A stretch of 62,982 nucleotides of DNA, counting the filler, from Octopus bimaculoides (lineage: Eukaryota), in NCBI RefSeq assembly GCF_001194135.2. It is 5 parts of 5 records of this genome, joined end to end, with 100 filler letters (N's around TTAATTAATTAA, not from the genome) between each part and the next. Parts side by side here need not be neighbours in the genome. Positions count along the whole stretch, not along the records: positions 59,890 to 62,982 come from NC_068986.1; 4 more parts are not named here. One strand, given 5' to 3'. Within the stretch, counting starts at the first letter, position 1. Each line of letters begins with the position of its first letter. Below, one piece after another: positions 60,981-62,982 of the stretch. The notes beneath the pieces were generated by a model. It was given only the letters and a program-made list of their open reading frames with translations. It was not told the origin of the DNA and searched no databases. Position numbers and translations under genes: made by a program.

Positions 60981-62418
60981 GGTCGTTTATTTTGTCGACC
61001 CCAGAAAAATACAAGATGAATTTAGACTTACAATATAAGAAAGATAGCTAACTAGCGTAGAGTAGTGAATCCGTCACTCTACCGTTTCCGTCATTTCACC
61101 AACCAGTGATTATACCAATAATCTGATGCGATTTGTTACATGATCATCTTTAGTAAATACAGTCCATTGAACTGATCCCTGTATATTACTGATATCAATG
61201 TAACGATAAAGGTTAAAACTATCAATCGCGTTAAGTGACAAAAATTAGTGTCTGTGTGTCAATCATTTAAGTTATGTGGCTACAATCGACAGCAGAAATC
61301 GGTTGGTATTTTCGTCTGTGAAGAGAAAAAAAAATCTTACTCTTTACTCTTTACTCCTCACTCCTCGGCATCATTCGTCCGAGTGATTACCATCATAATG
61401 ACAACACTTATTGTTTGTTGTCGTCTGGTGAATGCTAAAGGTGTGAGGGTTTTATTCGAGTAGGGCAGAGATTAGTGCTAACAACGATGACGAAAGTGAA
61501 GACGATGGTGAAAACGGTGAAAACGGCGACAACGACGAGGAGGAGAAGGAGGAGGAGTATAACAAGAAGGACAACAACAACCAATAATTATTGTAACAAG
61601 TGCAAATTCGACAGCAACATCAATAGCATCATCAACAACAATTGTATCAACAACAATAGTAATAACTACAAATACAAGAACAATGTCAGATAGTAAAAAA
61701 AAAATACAACTGAAACAAGACTACAAGTAAAACCCCAAAACAGTGTAATAAGAGGATCGGGTAAAGGTATGGGTGGTAGAAAACTGAGATATAGATGGCG
61801 GCCGGACGTCAACAGATTGTAAGGTTTCAGATTAGATGCAGCCCGTGTAGACAGTTATTAAGTGGCATTTCCTGCAGATAATTACACCAAGGGTTACTGG
61901 CATATACTGCAGCAACCACAACAACTGCACACTGCAGTATCAGCTGCAACAACAGGAGGGATCGTTGATAGCATTGTCACCACCACCGTTATCGTATTCA
62001 TCTTGAATGTCACAACAACAGCAAGCAATGATCGTTTCAAAGTTTGGTACAATGCCACTGATTTCAGAAGGCGGGTGTTTAGTCGATTATATCGACCATA
62101 GTACCTCAGTGGTACTTTAGTTTATCAACCATGGGCAGAAGAAAGACATAAGGGGTATCCGTGTGGCACATTTAGAACGAAAAGAACCGAAAGAAATGCT
62201 GCTAAGTAATTTTTTCCAGAGAGGAGAAAGGGGAGGCAAAGATGAAGAGCAGGAGTGGGTGAAAAGGAGAGGAGAAGGAGGAGACAAGTAGGAAGCAGAA
62301 GTGGAGACGAGGGGGAAGCGGAGGGGAGGAGGAAGTGGAGGGGAAAAAGAAGAGGAAGGGAGGACGAAGTGGAGCAGAGGAAGAGGGGGTGCGGAGAGGA
62401 GGGTGAAGTGGAAATGAG

Positions 62419-62478
62419 GAGAAGTGAAAGTGAGGAGGGAGAAGTGAAAGTGAGGAGGGAGAAGTGAAAGTGAGGAGG
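62419..62478. repeat. 20-bp minisatellite x3 within a purine-rich tract
   Basis: GAGAAGTGAAAGTGAGGAGG x3. Confidence 0.85.
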
Positions 62479-62634
62479 AAGTGGAGAAAGAGGTAGAATA
62501 GGAGTTGAGGGGGAGGAGAAGAAAAAGAGGAGGTGAGTTGGAAGAGGAAAAGTAAGAGGAGTAAGACGAAGAGACGGAGAAAGAAAAGAAGGAATATTCT
62601 GGTAGCTCGCTGCCATAATAGGGAAGTTATACGT

Positions 62635-62806
62635 ACTAAACAAAAGGCCACAAATCTTAGGTGAAGGGAAATAGTCGAATGTATCAAATCAATGTATGAG
62701 CGATGCTAAATTTTATCGAACCCGGAAGACTGAAAATGCTAAATTGACCTAGACGAAATTTGAACTTCGAATTTTAAGTGAGCTCGAGCAATAATTAATA
62801 ACGAGG

Positions 62807-62863
<57 letters not shown>

Positions 62864-62982
62864 CATGGGGGCGAGTTGGCAGAATCGATGATATATGATA
62901 AGTACCAGTTGAGCACTGGAGTCGATGTAATCGACTTATGCCCTCCCCCGAAATTACTGGCTTTGTGCCCAGGTTTGAAAGA
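62635..62982. mobile_element. Diverged SINE family A copies on opposite strands around (TTA)n
   Basis: 62635-62790 on minus; 62868-62982 on plus (GGCGAGTTGGCAGAA...AAGTACCAGTTGAGCACTGG.GTCGATGTAATCGAC). Confidence 0.68.

Overview
Eukaryotic draft-genome sequence, most likely an octopus or other coleoid cephalopod, inferred from the tRNA-derived SINE families and very high microsatellite density. About 12% is N. The window is five pieces joined by four identical artificial 100-nt linkers (N44-TTAATTAATTAA-N44). Most ORF-track entries are microsatellite or N-gap artefacts. Real coding signal: (1) a minus-strand gene for a signal-peptide protein of unknown family (exon 38516-39017, a probable later exon at 31642-31702, and a CLEAR-like E-box upstream); (2) three phase-compatible plus-strand exons of an unidentified gene (56998-59692). 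The rest is mobile DNA: three abundant tRNA-SINE families, mariner (DD34D), maT (DD37D) and pogo-like elements, and CR1, RTE-like, Tx1-like and RLE-type LINE fragments. The most unusual signal is a set of minimal hammerhead-ribozyme-like motifs, one of them inside a tRNA-headed SINE (30535-30822). No rRNA, intact tRNA or CRISPR array is supported. All family calls are by motif recognition; no searches were run, and repeat boundaries are approximate.
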